From: Squalus acanthias | Taxonomy: Eukaryota | Direction of reading: 5' to 3' | DNA length: 64,000 bases | Assembly (NCBI GenBank): GCA_030390025.1 | Contig: CM059432.1 | Location: 74,154,001-74,218,000, forward strand | Shown: positions 63,092 to 64,000 of the stretch, in pieces | Layout: every line of letters begins with the position of its first letter | Position numbering within the stretch: the first letter of the stretch is position 1 | Notes under the pieces: generated by a model | Seen by the model: the letters and a program-made list of their open reading frames with translations, nothing else | What the model was told of the DNA's origin: nothing | Databases searched by the model: none | Program-made: the position numbers and the translations under genes

Positions 63092-63832
63092 GGCCCAGAA
63101 ATTGATCTCGCTCTGTTCCCGCGGGGGTAAGCCTTCCCCGCGATGTCTCACCTCGCTTATGCTTTTTCTGATCCAGCTCGCACGAACTTGATGTTCCAGA
63201 CATCAGCTGTGCTGGGCTTGCGTATCCCAGCGGCGTAGTGAATTCGTGCGAGCTGTGGGATCACGTGACTCAGTTAGAGCCAATGGCAGCACACCATCTT
63301 CCATTCATAAGTCTCACAGCATGGCTGTGAGACTTATGAATCTTACACCCCCCCAAAATAACAGCTAAACCTCAATTAAATTTAAAAAAAAACCCATCAC
63401 ATTAATAAAATAAGTATAGTTAATTAAATTAACCATTTTAAATAAAAAATTAAATTTTTGAAAAAAATTAAAATCTTTTAAAAAGTTATAAAAATAAACT
63501 TACCTGTCTTTAAAGTCTATAAAAAAGATATACCTGTAAAAAAAAATTCAAAAAAATACTTAATTCACTACTTACCTTCTTAAAAGCGGGTCTTACTCCT
63601 TTTTACATTTCCAAAATCTTCCCTACTTACCTGCGCGTCCAAAGCATGAAGTGCACAGCGTGCGCGCAGCCTGTAGCGCGCACGCGATGCACCCAGGCCC
63701 CGCCCCCTTTTCGGAAGAGCAATTGCCGGTTTTCAGTGCATGCGCAGGGCATGCAGAAAACCGGCAATTGGAGTGGGAATACGCGAGAGTATGCAGTGCG
63801 TACTCTCGCGTCCCGGGATCAATTTTCGGCCC
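63092..63832. mobile_element. PIF/Harbinger-type MITE B (relative of MITE A, opposite orientation)
   Basis: Ends GGCCCAGAAATTGATC / GATCAATTTTCGGCCC; flanks AAT / ATT (1 mismatch); AT-rich centre and hairpins. Confidence 0.75.
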
Positions 63833-64000
63833 ATTAATTTCTCTGGAACTAGATACCTACAGCAGATAGGCTAGCAGGGACCCTGAAAAGAAACCTGCTT
63901 AACTCTTGTTTGCTCATCTGTCTGCAATCTGACCCCCTGCCGCCAAACTGTAGGAGAGGACTTGAGGGAGGGACTGTGCCAGTTGTTTCTCAGTGAATAG

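Noticed and set aside
48360..64000. Next CHD7 exon (recalled ...DKTPPPSPPP...)
   Set aside because: No matching sequence found by eye; probably beyond the window, though a short exon could be missed
1..64000. CRISPR array, operon or other prokaryotic or viral system
   Set aside because: No regularly spaced direct repeats or gene-dense segment; the content is vertebrate intron plus transposons

Overview
Repeat-rich eukaryotic intronic DNA, most likely from a cartilaginous fish (inferred from the SacSINE1/DeuSINE-like SINEs and the CR1, L2 and Penelope complement). The only host coding sequence I can support is one 362-nt internal exon (47998-48359, +) of a CHD6-9 chromatin remodeller, best matching CHD7 exon 3, so the window appears to lie in two large introns. 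The rest is nested CR1, L2 and RTE LINEs, two Penelope-like element (PLE) families with minimal hammerhead motifs, tRNA-derived SINEs and four PIF/Harbinger-type non-autonomous elements. The most unusual objects are: (1) an unspliced pre-tRNA-Tyr, with leader, 13-nt intron and trailer to TTTT, fused to a CR1 3' tail and inserted as one 302-bp unit into another CR1 (a proto-SINE-like chimera); (2) two Harbinger-type MITEs sharing hairpin architecture and promoter-like motifs despite different stem sequences; (3) a ~330-bp templated inverted duplication inside one MITE; (4) a 120-bp permuted micro-Penelope with a 15-bp TSD; (5) a CHD8/CHD9-type helix motif retained in the CHD7-like exon. Family names come from recalled motifs, not database searches. 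Ends of old repeats are approximate.
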